Assembly (NCBI GenBank): GCA_021787125.1
Contig: JAJYMI010000007.1
Coordinates: 1 to 55,478 of the forward strand
Length of the DNA: 55,478 bases
Direction of reading: 5' to 3'
Source of the DNA: Thermoplasmata archaeon
GTDB lineage: Archaea; Thermoplasmatota; Thermoplasmata; Thermoplasmatales; GCA-001856825
Part shown: piece by piece, positions 1-8,689 of the stretch
Position numbering within the stretch: position 1 is the first letter of the stretch
How the letters are laid out: the number at the start of each line of letters is the position of its first letter
Notes under the pieces: generated by a model
Seen by the model: only the letters and a program-made list of their open reading frames with translations
Database searches by the model: none
What the model was told of the DNA's origin: nothing
Translations under genes and position numbers: made by a program

Positions 1-14
1 ATGAGTTACAAGCT

Positions 15-275
15 CTATTTGTAAACTTCTTTCCTGTGCTCTAACCGCAGCAGAATCAATTTCTTTTTATCTATGGTATATATCAATCTGTATGGAGTAA
101 TTCTAACCGTTCGTTCTCCTTTCAAAGTATAACCCAAAGGTTTTCCTGACTCTGGATCTAATAAGATCTTTCTGATGCGCTTTTCAATTTCAATCTTAAC
201 ACTCCTATCTTTGATTTTCTTTACTTCGTGCTCGAACTTGGATGTATATACTATTTCCTCTATCTTGACTACCAT
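15..275 (-). CDS. Type II toxin, RelE/ParE family
   Basis: 86-aa basic ORF whose C-terminal half (RITPYRLIYTIDKKKLILLRLEHRKEVY) has the typical RelE/ParE pattern. It overlaps the upstream AbrB-type ORF by 7 nt. Confidence 0.75.
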   Translation of the reverse strand: MVVKIEEIVYTSKFEHEVKKIKDRSVKIEIEKRIRKILLDPESGKPLGYTLKGERTVRITPYRLIYTIDKKKLILLRLEHRKEVYK

Positions 276-550
276 TCTTTAAACTCTTTGAAGAAGTCTC
301 TCTTGGATCTTATCTTATACTTTCCTTGTTCTATGTCCTTCCAGGCTTCTTCTACAAGCTTAAGAGTCTTCTTATCATCGACCGATATATTAGAACTTAT
401 TTTTTTTAGAACAATCAAATCATTGTGGGTAGTGACTGCAAGCAGGCTCCCTTCTTCTATGTTTAATTCCTTCCTTATCTTTGCAGGAATGACTATTTGC
501 CCTTTTGAACTGGCTCTCGTAAGTTCAGTTTCAAGATTGTCTGAATTCAT
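269..550 (-). CDS. Type II antitoxin, AbrB/MazE/SpoVT DNA-binding family
   Basis: 93-aa ORF with a SpoVT/AbrB swapped-hairpin signature (SSKGQIVIPAKIRKELNIEEGSLLAV). It sits directly upstream of the toxin and overlaps it. Confidence 0.75.
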   Translation of the reverse strand: MNSDNLETELTRASSKGQIVIPAKIRKELNIEEGSLLAVTTHNDLIVLKKISSNISVDDKKTLKLVEEAWKDIEQGKYKIRSKRDFFKEFKEW

Positions 551-554
551 TATG

Positions 555-569
555 GTAAGATATTCTTAC
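555..569 (-). promoter_or_regulatory. Candidate autoregulatory operator of the TA module (GTAAGA-TAT-TCTTAC)
   Basis: Perfect 6-3-6 inverted repeat 5-19 nt upstream of the antitoxin ATG. Confidence 0.3.
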
Positions 570-770
570 TCAAGATTTAACTATTTCGATGCTTCTTTCC
601 ATAAGGTAACGGGATTACTCCTTCACTAAGATTCCTCAATTCGCTGCTTTAATTTATCCCGATATATTGCGTCAAGTGTAAATAGAGTTAATCTACCAGT
701 TTATTCCATCATTTGGCGTGAAAAACATAATCCAACTTACCTAAATATTTAGCGAGATTGTATGGCAAAA

Positions 771-843
771 CGCCCCGAACGGGAGTCGCTGCAGTGTCCC
801 GAGCTCGACAGACTCGGATGATAGGCCACTACACTATCGGGGC
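771..843 (-). tRNA. tRNA-Asp(GUC)-like element with non-canonical T arm (possible pseudo-tRNA)
   Basis: Reverse strand: 7-bp acceptor GCCCCGA/TCGGGGC, D arm GTGT-AGTGGCCTA-TCAT, anticodon stem CGAGT/GCTCG, loop CTGTCGA (GTC). The 17 nt at the T-arm position (ACTGCAGCGACTCCCGT) form no 5-bp stem and carry no TTCRA loop. Confidence 0.45.
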
Positions 844-864
844 TTCTCGTCGTATTGACTAAGT

Positions 865-1272
865 TTATTTAATTTTTTCTTGTGCGTTGTCACTTGGGAA
901 CAATCTGTAGAGTGCATTTATCTCCCCCTCCAGAATGTGTGAAACTGCGAAACGCGTGAATGGGTACCATAATCCTCTCATTTTCACGTCCATTTTTATC
1001 ATTATCTTGTCCCCAAGAACCTGAAAGATCTGATAGCCCTTGAGCGGCCCGTCGCCGTATTTTATCATCATCGAGAGGTCTTCCTTTCTCCTTCCTACCC
1101 ACTCCATTTGTCTCTTGTTCCGAAATGCTAGTACTGATTCCCTGTTGTTTTGGTCGATCTTCGTGATTGCAAGGTGACCCCTCCATATTTCCGTATCATC
1201 AATGCTCTCGATCAGTTTCTGAAAGGCATCCTCTGGTGCCTCGGTCAGTGGGTATTCATAATAGAACCGCAC
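865..1272 (-). CDS. Hypothetical protein, possibly SRPBCC/START-like fold
   Basis: 135-aa ORF with ordinary coding character. The fold guess rests only on size and alternating beta-like pattern. Confidence 0.55.
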   Translation of the reverse strand: MRFYYEYPLTEAPEDAFQKLIESIDDTEIWRGHLAITKIDQNNRESVLAFRNKRQMEWVGRRKEDLSMMIKYGDGPLKGYQIFQVLGDKIMIKMDVKMRGLWYPFTRFAVSHILEGEINALYRLFPSDNAQEKIK

Positions 1273-1359
1273 AGAGTCAGATTGGATTCATAGATATAAT
1301 TATTTAAATAGATACCTCTTTTCAGAAGATAAAGAATTAATTGACACTTCCCATAGGGA

Positions 1360-2346
1360 TTGGTGGTCAATCTATTCGATGAGAGTTCGGTAAGCAAGAT
1401 AGGAATGGGTACCTGGCAACTTGGTATGAAAGGTTGGGGTTCCGGATATGAAGAAAAGGAGCTAATTGCAGCTCTAAGGTCCGGGATCGAGAACGGATTG
1501 AACTTGATCGATACGGCGGAGATTTATGGAATGGGAAAGTCAGAGGAACTTGTAGGCGATGCCGTCGAAGTATTTGATAGGAAGCGGTTCTATATTGCCA
1601 CGAAGCTTGCGGGCTTTAATGCAAACGCAAGGAGGGCAAAGAGAAGTCTATTGAACAGTCTAAAGAGATTGAAACTGGACTATGTCGATCTCTACCAAGT
1701 TCACTGGGAACCCAGCATTTACACCAGCATCCCAGAGCTGTTCGTGGAATTGGAGAAGGAAGTGAAGGAAGGTTTGATTGGCCACATTGGAGTGTCAAAC
1801 TTTTCTGTCAAGAGCCTGGAAAAGGCTAATGGTTCCATGAAGGAACAAAAGATCGAAAGCAATCAGATAAAATTCAATGTCGTGGAGAGACCCAATCCAA
1901 CCGTTCTGGAGTACTTGAGGCAGAACAACATCAAGCTGATCGCCTGGAGTCCCCTTGCACAGGGCTTTCTCTCTGGAAAATATACCTCAAACAATAGACC
2001 GACGGGTGGGGTTAGGAGAATCAACAGATTATTCTCGTCCTCTTATTTCAACAGATTCGGTCGTCTCTTGTCCGAATTTCAGCGCATTTCAAATGAAAGG
2101 GGAGCCAGCACCATACAAGTGGTTCTGGCTTATGAGAAATTCCTGGGTGTTCTGCCTATACCGGGCTTCCGAAACTCTAGACAGGTAAGTGATATAGTTT
2201 CTGCAAATTCACTCAAACTGACAGAACAAGAGATAGGATCAATAGAAGCCGCTTTACAGGAAACGGGTACGCTGGAAACGTCCATAGGTTTCTATCCCAG
2301 ACTACTCCCCAATTTTATCGCAAGATTGGGATTCCTGTTCATTTAA
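1360..2346 (+). CDS. Aldo/keto reductase family oxidoreductase
   Basis: IGMGTWQLG near the N-terminus, DTAEIYG, LDYVDLYQVHW and GVSNF motifs are typical of AKRs. The start is TTG/GTG at 1360/1363. Confidence 0.85.
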   Translation: MVVNLFDESSVSKIGMGTWQLGMKGWGSGYEEKELIAALRSGIENGLNLIDTAEIYGMGKSEELVGDAVEVFDRKRFYIATKLAGFNANARRAKRSLLNSLKRLKLDYVDLYQVHWEPSIYTSIPELFVELEKEVKEGLIGHIGVSNFSVKSLEKANGSMKEQKIESNQIKFNVVERPNPTVLEYLRQNNIKLIAWSPLAQGFLSGKYTSNNRPTGGVRRINRLFSSSYFNRFGRLLSEFQRISNERGASTIQVVLAYEKFLGVLPIPGFRNSRQVSDIVSANSLKLTEQEIGSIEAALQETGTLETSIGFYPRLLPNFIARLGFLFI

Positions 2347-2414
2347 TATAGACAACTGTCGAATCATGATGTCGGCAAAGGCTAAATATCTGATGAAATT
2401 GAGTGCTGATTGTA

Positions 2415-3461
2415 ATGAGTTCGATCGTATCCTACGGATCATATGTCCCTAGGTTCAGAATTAAGGCTGAGGAGATTGCCAGAGAGTGGGGAGAAAACCC
2501 TGAGAACATAAAGAGTGGTCTCTTCATACATAGCAAGTCAGTTCCTGGACCTGACGAGGATGTCCTGACAATATCCGCAGAAGCAGCGAAGAATGCCCTG
2601 AGAAGAACCGATCTAGATAAACAGAAGATTGGGGCAATTTATGTTGGATCTGAGAGTCATCCATATGCCGTCAAACCGACATCATCAATTCTTGTGGAAG
2701 CGCTTGGACTTCCCTATGACATTCATTCAGCGGACTATGAGTTCGCTTGCAAGGCAGGAACTGCTGCCATGCAGAACGTGATGGCAATGGTAGACAGCGG
2801 ACAGATCGAGAATGGAATTGCAATCGGTGCCGACACATCTCAGGGTGCTCCCGGAGATGCTCTCGAGTACTCGGCGTCTGCAGGTGGAACCGCTTTTGTT
2901 ATAGGTAAGAACGGTTTCGCAGACTTCAACGCCACTCTTTCGTTCACAACAGATACTCCCGATTTCTGGAGGAGAGAGGGCGAAAAGTATCCTAGCCACG
3001 GGGGAAGATTTACCGGCGAACCGGCTTACTTTAAGCACGTTCTCACCGGTGCCAAGAAAATGATGGACAGACAATCGACGAAACCCGAAGACTATGACTA
3101 TGCAGTTTTCCATCAACCGAATGGAAAGTTTCCGACAAGAGCTGCAAAAATGCTAGGGTTCAAGGATGAACAGGTGAAAGATGGTCTGCTCACCCCATAC
3201 ATTGGTAACACTTACTCAAGTTCAATGATGATCGGCCTGTCAGCAATTCTGGATAAGGCCGAGAGTGGAGACAGGATTCTTGCTGTTGCGTTCGGTAGTG
3301 GAGCAGGTTCTGATGTTTTCGATGTGACCGTGAATGACGGAATTAAATCGATAAGGAGACAGAATGCACCTGGAGTGATGGAGCAGGTGAACAAACTGAT
3401 TTGGATAGACTATGCGACTTATGTGAAGTACAGAGGCAAGATAATTATGAGGGGAGCGTGA
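2415..3461 (+). CDS. Hydroxymethylglutaryl-CoA synthase (archaeal type)
   Basis: Thiolase-fold condensing enzyme ([11 protein letters not shown] catalytic Cys region, [15 protein letters not shown]). The ORF opens at 2403, but ATG 2415 lies about 27 nt after the TATA-like GCTAAATATC. It is followed by thiolase and DUF35. Confidence 0.9.
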   Translation: MSSIVSYGSYVPRFRIKAEEIAREWGENPENIKSGLFIHSKSVPGPDEDVLTISAEAAKNALRRTDLDKQKIGAIYVGSESHPYAVKPTSSILVEALGLPYDIHSADYEFACKAGTAAMQNVMAMVDSGQIENGIAIGADTSQGAPGDALEYSASAGGTAFVIGKNGFADFNATLSFTTDTPDFWRREGEKYPSHGGRFTGEPAYFKHVLTGAKKMMDRQSTKPEDYDYAVFHQPNGKFPTRAAKMLGFKDEQVKDGLLTPYIGNTYSSSMMIGLSAILDKAESGDRILAVAFGSGAGSDVFDVTVNDGIKSIRRQNAPGVMEQVNKLIWIDYATYVKYRGKIIMRGA

Positions 3462-3465
3462 TCCA

Positions 3466-4623
3466 ATGAGAGACGTATTCATCCTAGGAGTAGGAACAAC
3501 CAAGTTTGGAGAGCTTTGGGATTCAAGTCTGCGCGAGCTTGCTTCGGAGGCTGGTCTCAAGGCGATAATGGATGCCGGCATTTACGCGGAAGATGTGGAT
3601 GCACTTTATGGTGCAAACACCAGCGGAGGACAGTTTGTTGATCAGGAACAGATTGCTGCCCTGATAGCAGATTACTCCGGAATAACTGAGCTGCATATCC
3701 CATCGATCAGAATAGAGGCAGGCTCAGCTAGTGGTGGAGCTGCCCTCATGCAGGCGTACCTCGCCGTGAAGTCCGGTCAGTACAACACGGTCGTGGTTGG
3801 AGGAGTGGAAAAGATGACAGATGTTCCCTCTGAAGTCGCGACAGAAATTATTGGAGGATCCCTGGACGCCGAGTGGGAGACTTTCTTTGGCGCTACGGAA
3901 TGCTCAATTGCTGCGATGATTGCGAGAAGACACGAGTATGAAGGCTCCACAAAGAGAGAAAACTATGCGGTCTTTCCGGTGATTTCTCACAAGCACGGTT
4001 CGATGAACGATACGTCACATTTCAAGAACGCCATAAAGATGGAAGACGTAATAAATGCACCTCCAGTTTCGGAGCCTCTGACCGTTTTCGATAACGCACC
4101 CATAAGCGATGGAGCGTCCGCTCTGGTCATTTCCGCCGACCCCAAGAAGATAAATGGATCAGCTCATCCAATAAGAATCAAGTCGAGTGCTGCAGCAAAC
4201 GATTTCCTCTCGCTTCACGATAGAAAGAAGATTGATTCCTTTGGAGCTGTCAAGCACAGCACAAAATCTGCCCTGAATCTGGCGGGACTTGAAGTAGGAA
4301 AGATAGACGCGTTAGAAATTCACGACTCTTACAGTATAGCCGCTCTCATCCAGATGGAGGAGATACTTGGAAAGGAAGCGGTAAAGATGACGGAGGGGAA
4401 TGATTTCTATTACAATTCCTCGAAACCAATAAATGTGTCTGGAGGCCTGAAAGCCCATGGTAACCCGCTTGGAACGAGTGGTCTGTATCAGGCAGTTGAA
4501 GCAACAATACAACTGCGGGGCAAGGCAGGACAGAGACAAGTGAAGAATCCGAGCAATTATCTCATCCACAACATGGGAGGTCTCGGAACGACTTCCGTTT
4601 CCACCATCATAGGAGTTGATTGA
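3466..4623 (+). CDS. Acetyl-CoA C-acetyltransferase (thiolase)
   Basis: 385-aa thiolase-like ORF with the C-terminal pattern GGLKAHGNPLGTSG...NMGGLGTT. There is a 4-nt gap after HMGCS. Confidence 0.9.
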   Translation: MRDVFILGVGTTKFGELWDSSLRELASEAGLKAIMDAGIYAEDVDALYGANTSGGQFVDQEQIAALIADYSGITELHIPSIRIEAGSASGGAALMQAYLAVKSGQYNTVVVGGVEKMTDVPSEVATEIIGGSLDAEWETFFGATECSIAAMIARRHEYEGSTKRENYAVFPVISHKHGSMNDTSHFKNAIKMEDVINAPPVSEPLTVFDNAPISDGASALVISADPKKINGSAHPIRIKSSAAANDFLSLHDRKKIDSFGAVKHSTKSALNLAGLEVGKIDALEIHDSYSIAALIQMEEILGKEAVKMTEGNDFYYNSSKPINVSGGLKAHGNPLGTSGLYQAVEATIQLRGKAGQRQVKNPSNYLIHNMGGLGTTSVSTIIGVD

Positions 4624-5029
4624 GATGAGTGAGGTTCCAAGATTTTGGAGAGAATCGAGGCACAGGTATAGATTGGTGGGGACGAGATGTCTGAACTGCA
4701 ACACACTCTATTTTCCCCCAAGGGTAATCTGCCCCTCCTGCAGAAGAGAGTCCGTTGGAAAAATGAAGGAAGAGGAAATGTCTGGAGCGGGAGAGATCTT
4801 TTCGTTCACCGTAGTTCACGACGGTCTCGAACAGTTCAAGATGCAGATACCCTACGTGATGGCTCTGATAAAGATGAAAGAAGGGCCATTTGTAACGGGA
4901 CAGATTGTGGATTGCTCACCCGAGGAAGTAAAGATAGGCACAAGAGTCACAGCCACTCTGAGGAAAGTCAGATCAGAAGGTAAAGAGGGAATAATCCAGT
5001 ACGGCTACAAGTTTACCATAGTTCCATAA
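4616..5029 (+). CDS. Zn-ribbon/OB-fold DUF35 protein (thiolase-HMGCS scaffold)
   Basis: CLNC...CPSC rubredoxin-like zinc ribbon followed by an OB-fold-sized C-terminus. It overlaps the thiolase gene by 8 nt. Confidence 0.85.
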   Translation: MIEMSEVPRFWRESRHRYRLVGTRCLNCNTLYFPPRVICPSCRRESVGKMKEEEMSGAGEIFSFTVVHDGLEQFKMQIPYVMALIKMKEGPFVTGQIVDCSPEEVKIGTRVTATLRKVRSEGKEGIIQYGYKFTIVP

Positions 5030-5099
5030 AAAGGAACTTGGCAGACTCCGATCCTTCCTCTTCTGACCGGATAATGCACTCTACTTATTGGCTGAAGTC

Positions 5100-5915
5100 T
5101 TATGCCTTTACAGTCGCGATCTCGACGTAGAAGTAGAGTGTCTTTCCAGCAAGATAAGAATTGCCGTTCAGGTAATAGAAGCCATCCGACACACCGCTAA
5201 CGTATGAGCTGTTGGACAGTATTGTGCCGTTAACTGCGATTGTGTAATAGCTGATACTGCTGCTGTTACCCACGCCGGTAATGTTCTCAGCGACTATGCT
5301 GAACCCCCTGACTGAAGCATAAGGGTAGTATTGTCCATGGACAACCGGTTCATTCTCTATCTCGACGTACCATCCATTGTAACTCATGACGTATACGTTC
5401 CATCCGTATGTAGGGTTCTTGAGAGTTTCTCCTTGAACGGGGGAAACGCCGAACTCAGCCTTGAAAGTCGTATTATTAAGTGTCTGATAAGTCGGCACGG
5501 TACCGTTGATGCTATGTCTGGTTATCTTGCTTGAATTCTCAAGTCCATACCCCTGAGATGGAAGGACGGTGATGACTCCAGATTGCCCCTTTGCCATTCC
5601 AATGAGGCCGTTGTCAAACCCCTTGATCATCGACCCAGAACCAACCGTGTCGTTGAGAGTTGTGAATGGAGGATGATACGTGAAATCCGGAGCCTTTGGA
5701 TATGAAGTGTTGTTGTTTGCTATACTGGCCATGTTTGTGTCAAAGACGAGAGGATTACCATCGATAGTTATATACCCATAATACCAGAGCGTGACGTTGT
5801 CTCCCTGTTTTACGATTGTGAGCTTGGGTTGCATGTAATTGTACGCCCCGTATGAAGCCACTGGAACTATTATCACCAGTGCAATCAATAGTATTATCAA
5901 GGTCTTGAACTGCAT
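5100..5915 (-). CDS. Membrane-anchored extracellular FKBP-type peptidyl-prolyl isomerase-like glycoprotein
   Basis: N-terminal hydrophobic anchor. FKBP-like core (GNPLVFDTN ... MIKGFDNGLIGMAKGQSGVITVLPSQGYG). More than ten NxS/T sequons by eye. Confidence 0.7.
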   Translation of the reverse strand: MQFKTLIILLIALVIIVPVASYGAYNYMQPKLTIVKQGDNVTLWYYGYITIDGNPLVFDTNMASIANNNTSYPKAPDFTYHPPFTTLNDTVGSGSMIKGFDNGLIGMAKGQSGVITVLPSQGYGLENSSKITRHSINGTVPTYQTLNNTTFKAEFGVSPVQGETLKNPTYGWNVYVMSYNGWYVEIENEPVVHGQYYPYASVRGFSIVAENITGVGNSSSISYYTIAVNGTILSNSSYVSGVSDGFYYLNGNSYLAGKTLYFYVEIATVKA

Positions 5916-6198
5916 TTACTCTGCAACAATATCGAAGATAAATAGCTACTCATTTTCTTCTGCCTACCAGCACCTACAATCAGCATTCCTCAAAATTTTA
6001 TGATAAATGGCGGAAGGCCAGCTGGTTGACCTGTGCATTATAAATTAACTTGTTCTATATTTTTGATAAGATTAATTATAGAGCGGGCAAGCTATTTATT
6101 CCCCAACCAATTTTGGTTGTATGCATTGTTTTAGTCTTTCCTTGGTTGGTTTAATTCTGAATAGCTGTGTTTTCCTGGAAGAGAGGTGAAGAAGAGCC

Positions 6199-6834
6199 AT
6201 GAATCCTAATGATTTGACCAGGGTGAGAAGACACCCCGAAAGGGCGAGTTATGACAGGGATCTGCTGATGGACATTCTAGCGCACGGTTTTGTATGTAGC
6301 GTGGCATTTCAGGTAGACGGACAACCGTTCATAATTCCGATGACGTACTACAACGATTCAGAAAATATATACATCCACGGAAGCCCCGTTGCACGTGTTG
6401 TGGATACGCTTCGATCTGGAGCGCCAATCGCAATTTCGATTCTCGAACTTAATGGTCTCGTTCTTGCCAAGGGACTTCCAAGCAATTCTATAAATTACAG
6501 ATCAGCAATAATCTTTGGAAAGGCAGTTGAACTTTTGACTGACGATGCAAAACTTTCTTACTTTACAGAGTGGATCGACCGCATGGTTCCTGGAAGGAAG
6601 GAGAACACCGTTCTTCCCAACGAGGACGAGTTGAGAGGTGTTTCCGCTTTCAAGGTGAAAATTGAAAATTTCTCAGTAAAGGTAAGAAAGGGAGGACCAG
6701 TTGAGACGAGAAAGAATCCCGAACTCTGGTCGGGCGTTATTCCCGCTTCGCTAAAGTTTTCAGACCCAGAATTTGTTTCAGATCCGGCGATCCCAGATTA
6801 CGTCAGGAAATTCATAGAGAAAAGAAACGGGTAG
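6199..6834 (+). CDS. Pyridoxamine 5'-phosphate oxidase family (FMN-binding split-barrel) protein
   Basis: 211-aa ORF. The N-terminal RRHPERASYDRDLLMDIL...FIIPMTYY pattern is typical of the COG3467/Pyridox_ox_2 family. Confidence 0.8.
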   Translation: MNPNDLTRVRRHPERASYDRDLLMDILAHGFVCSVAFQVDGQPFIIPMTYYNDSENIYIHGSPVARVVDTLRSGAPIAISILELNGLVLAKGLPSNSINYRSAIIFGKAVELLTDDAKLSYFTEWIDRMVPGRKENTVLPNEDELRGVSAFKVKIENFSVKVRKGGPVETRKNPELWSGVIPASLKFSDPEFVSDPAIPDYVRKFIEKRNG

Positions 6835-6887
6835 TAAAAGTAGCTTGAAAAGAGTACAAAAGACTTCTTGCTAGGAGGTTTTCACCA

Positions 6888-7769
6888 TTGGTGGATAGGA
6901 GAGTTTCTTACGGTGGGCTTGTCTTCGTTGCTTTGGTGTGGGGTACAACATTTCCTATCATTTCAGTCTCGCTCAGGTATATCGAACCGATGCCCTTCCT
7001 CCTGTTCAGGTTCGTCATTGCTGCACTTGTAATGTTACCATTCATCTTCAAGAAGATCAATAAGAGAGACGCTCTCTATGGTTCTCTGGTTGGCATTCCC
7101 CTGTTTATTGGCTATGTCACTCAGACGTACGGTCTGGATTACACCTCTCCGTCCATGTCCGGCCTGATAACAGGAATTTACATAATTTTGACTCCCATTC
7201 TCTCGATCCTCATACTGAAGAATCGTGTGGATATGGTCAAGATTTATCTCACCGTAGCGGCATTTGTCGGGATGGCTCTTATGTCAGTTTCGTCCACATC
7301 GGGACAACTATTGGGCAACGTTCTGACCCTGGGAACTGCTCTCTGTTACGCTCTGCAGATGGTTCTGACCGAAAAGTACCTCTCCAACGGAAATCCGATG
7401 GTGTTCACGTTCTTCCAATTGGTGATAGTGGCCGCACTGAGTCTTGTGGTTAGCCCTCTCTCTGTGCTGAGCGTTGGGGCAATGACCAACGACTATGTTC
7501 TCTTCTCGGTGTTGTTCAATGCCATTCTTGGAACGACACTGGCCATATGGATTATGAGCGTGGCTATCAGAAACATAAGCGCTTATCTTTCTGCCCTCAT
7601 TCTGATCATAGAGCCTGTATCAGCCGTAGCCGTTTCAACAATATTCTTCCACTTTCCTGCTACTCCGCTGATGGTGATTGGTGGTGGAATTATTCTGGTT
7701 TCAATGGTGCTTGCGATAAACAGGGAAAACAAGAGAAATCAGGGAGATAGAGTTAACACTCCATCTTAG
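6888..7769 (+). CDS. EamA/DMT-family transporter
   Basis: 293 aa with about 10 hydrophobic helices in a duplicated 5+5 arrangement typical of EamA. Confidence 0.85.
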   Translation: MVDRRVSYGGLVFVALVWGTTFPIISVSLRYIEPMPFLLFRFVIAALVMLPFIFKKINKRDALYGSLVGIPLFIGYVTQTYGLDYTSPSMSGLITGIYIILTPILSILILKNRVDMVKIYLTVAAFVGMALMSVSSTSGQLLGNVLTLGTALCYALQMVLTEKYLSNGNPMVFTFFQLVIVAALSLVVSPLSVLSVGAMTNDYVLFSVLFNAILGTTLAIWIMSVAIRNISAYLSALILIIEPVSAVAVSTIFFHFPATPLMVIGGGIILVSMVLAINRENKRNQGDRVNTPS

Positions 7770-7772
7770 TGA

Positions 7773-8261
7773 CTATCGAGTTGGCTGTTTGGAAATGTCA
7801 ACTGCCCTGCTCCAGAGCACCTTTCTCAGGCTTGGAAGACCTTCGAACCTTTCTACGGTGAATCCTCCCGCAAACCTTGGTAATCTGGACATTTTAACAT
7901 AGAGCGTCCCTAAATCTCTCGTCTTTGTCTGTGCTCTGATCAGAATTGCTGGAATTTCATTCCCCGCTCTAAGCAAAACGTCAGAAGCTTCGTCCTGAAC
8001 ATCCTCATGGGGAACCAGCTTCTTCAAGAACTCAGAGTCTGGTACTCCCCTCTTGAAAATTACTGCGGTTTCGAGATCCTGAAGATAGCCCAAAATCTTC
8101 TTATAATTCTCCTTCCACTGGTCGTCCTCTTGCAGCAACAACCCTATGTCCGCCTGCAGTGCAGTAAGGTGCGTAAAGAATGTCTCAACTTCAGAATCGT
8201 ACTCTTCCATTGTGTTAGATATTACGCACTCAAATTTCGGAAACTCTGTGGTCTTTTCCAT
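7773..8261 (-). CDS. Hypothetical protein
   Basis: 162-aa acidic ORF with no recognisable motif. Confidence 0.55.
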   Translation of the reverse strand: MEKTTEFPKFECVISNTMEEYDSEVETFFTHLTALQADIGLLLQEDDQWKENYKKILGYLQDLETAVIFKRGVPDSEFLKKLVPHEDVQDEASDVLLRAGNEIPAILIRAQTKTRDLGTLYVKMSRLPRFAGGFTVERFEGLPSLRKVLWSRAVDISKQPTR

Positions 8262-8365
8262 ATTTGCAATACGAAATATAGCATCTAATCTTATCGGTTA
8301 TACCAGCTAGAAATTGAAGTTTCTACGAAAAATGGGAAGTTAAGGGAATTAAAAAAAGAATGAAC

Positions 8366-8680
8366 CTACGACTGGAGTTTTACTTCTATGTTTATTCCAT
8401 CCGGCAACTGGATCCTCATTACCTGTCTTATGGTCCTCTCGTCCGCGTCGATGTAAATTAGCCTCCTGTGGACTCTCATTTCCCATCTGTCCCAGGTGGC
8501 TGTTCCAGCTCCATTAGGAGCCTTTCTGATCGGCACGATAAGTCTCTTTGTCAGAAGTGGGATCGGACCTTTCATTTCTACGCCCGTTCTACCGGCGAGC
8601 TGCCGAATTTCGGTGCAGACGTTATCGACCTTCTTGACATCGGTTCCGGACAGTGATATCTTCATTCGATAGGAAGGCAT
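8366..8680 (-). CDS. rps10: 30S ribosomal protein S10 (uS10)
   Basis: 104 aa. The MKISLSG...[10 protein letters not shown]...[15 protein letters not shown] pattern fits, and it lies directly downstream of EF-1alpha as in archaea. Confidence 0.95.
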   Translation of the reverse strand: MPSYRMKISLSGTDVKKVDNVCTEIRQLAGRTGVEMKGPIPLLTKRLIVPIRKAPNGAGTATWDRWEMRVHRRLIYIDADERTIRQVMRIQLPDGINIEVKLQS

Positions 8681-8689
8681 TGAAGTTCA

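Noticed and set aside
228-629. 133-aa plus-strand ORF across the TA locus
   Set aside because: It is antisense to two well-supported, overlapping TA genes, and its composition is low-complexity Leu/Ser/Phe-rich, typical of an antisense reading.
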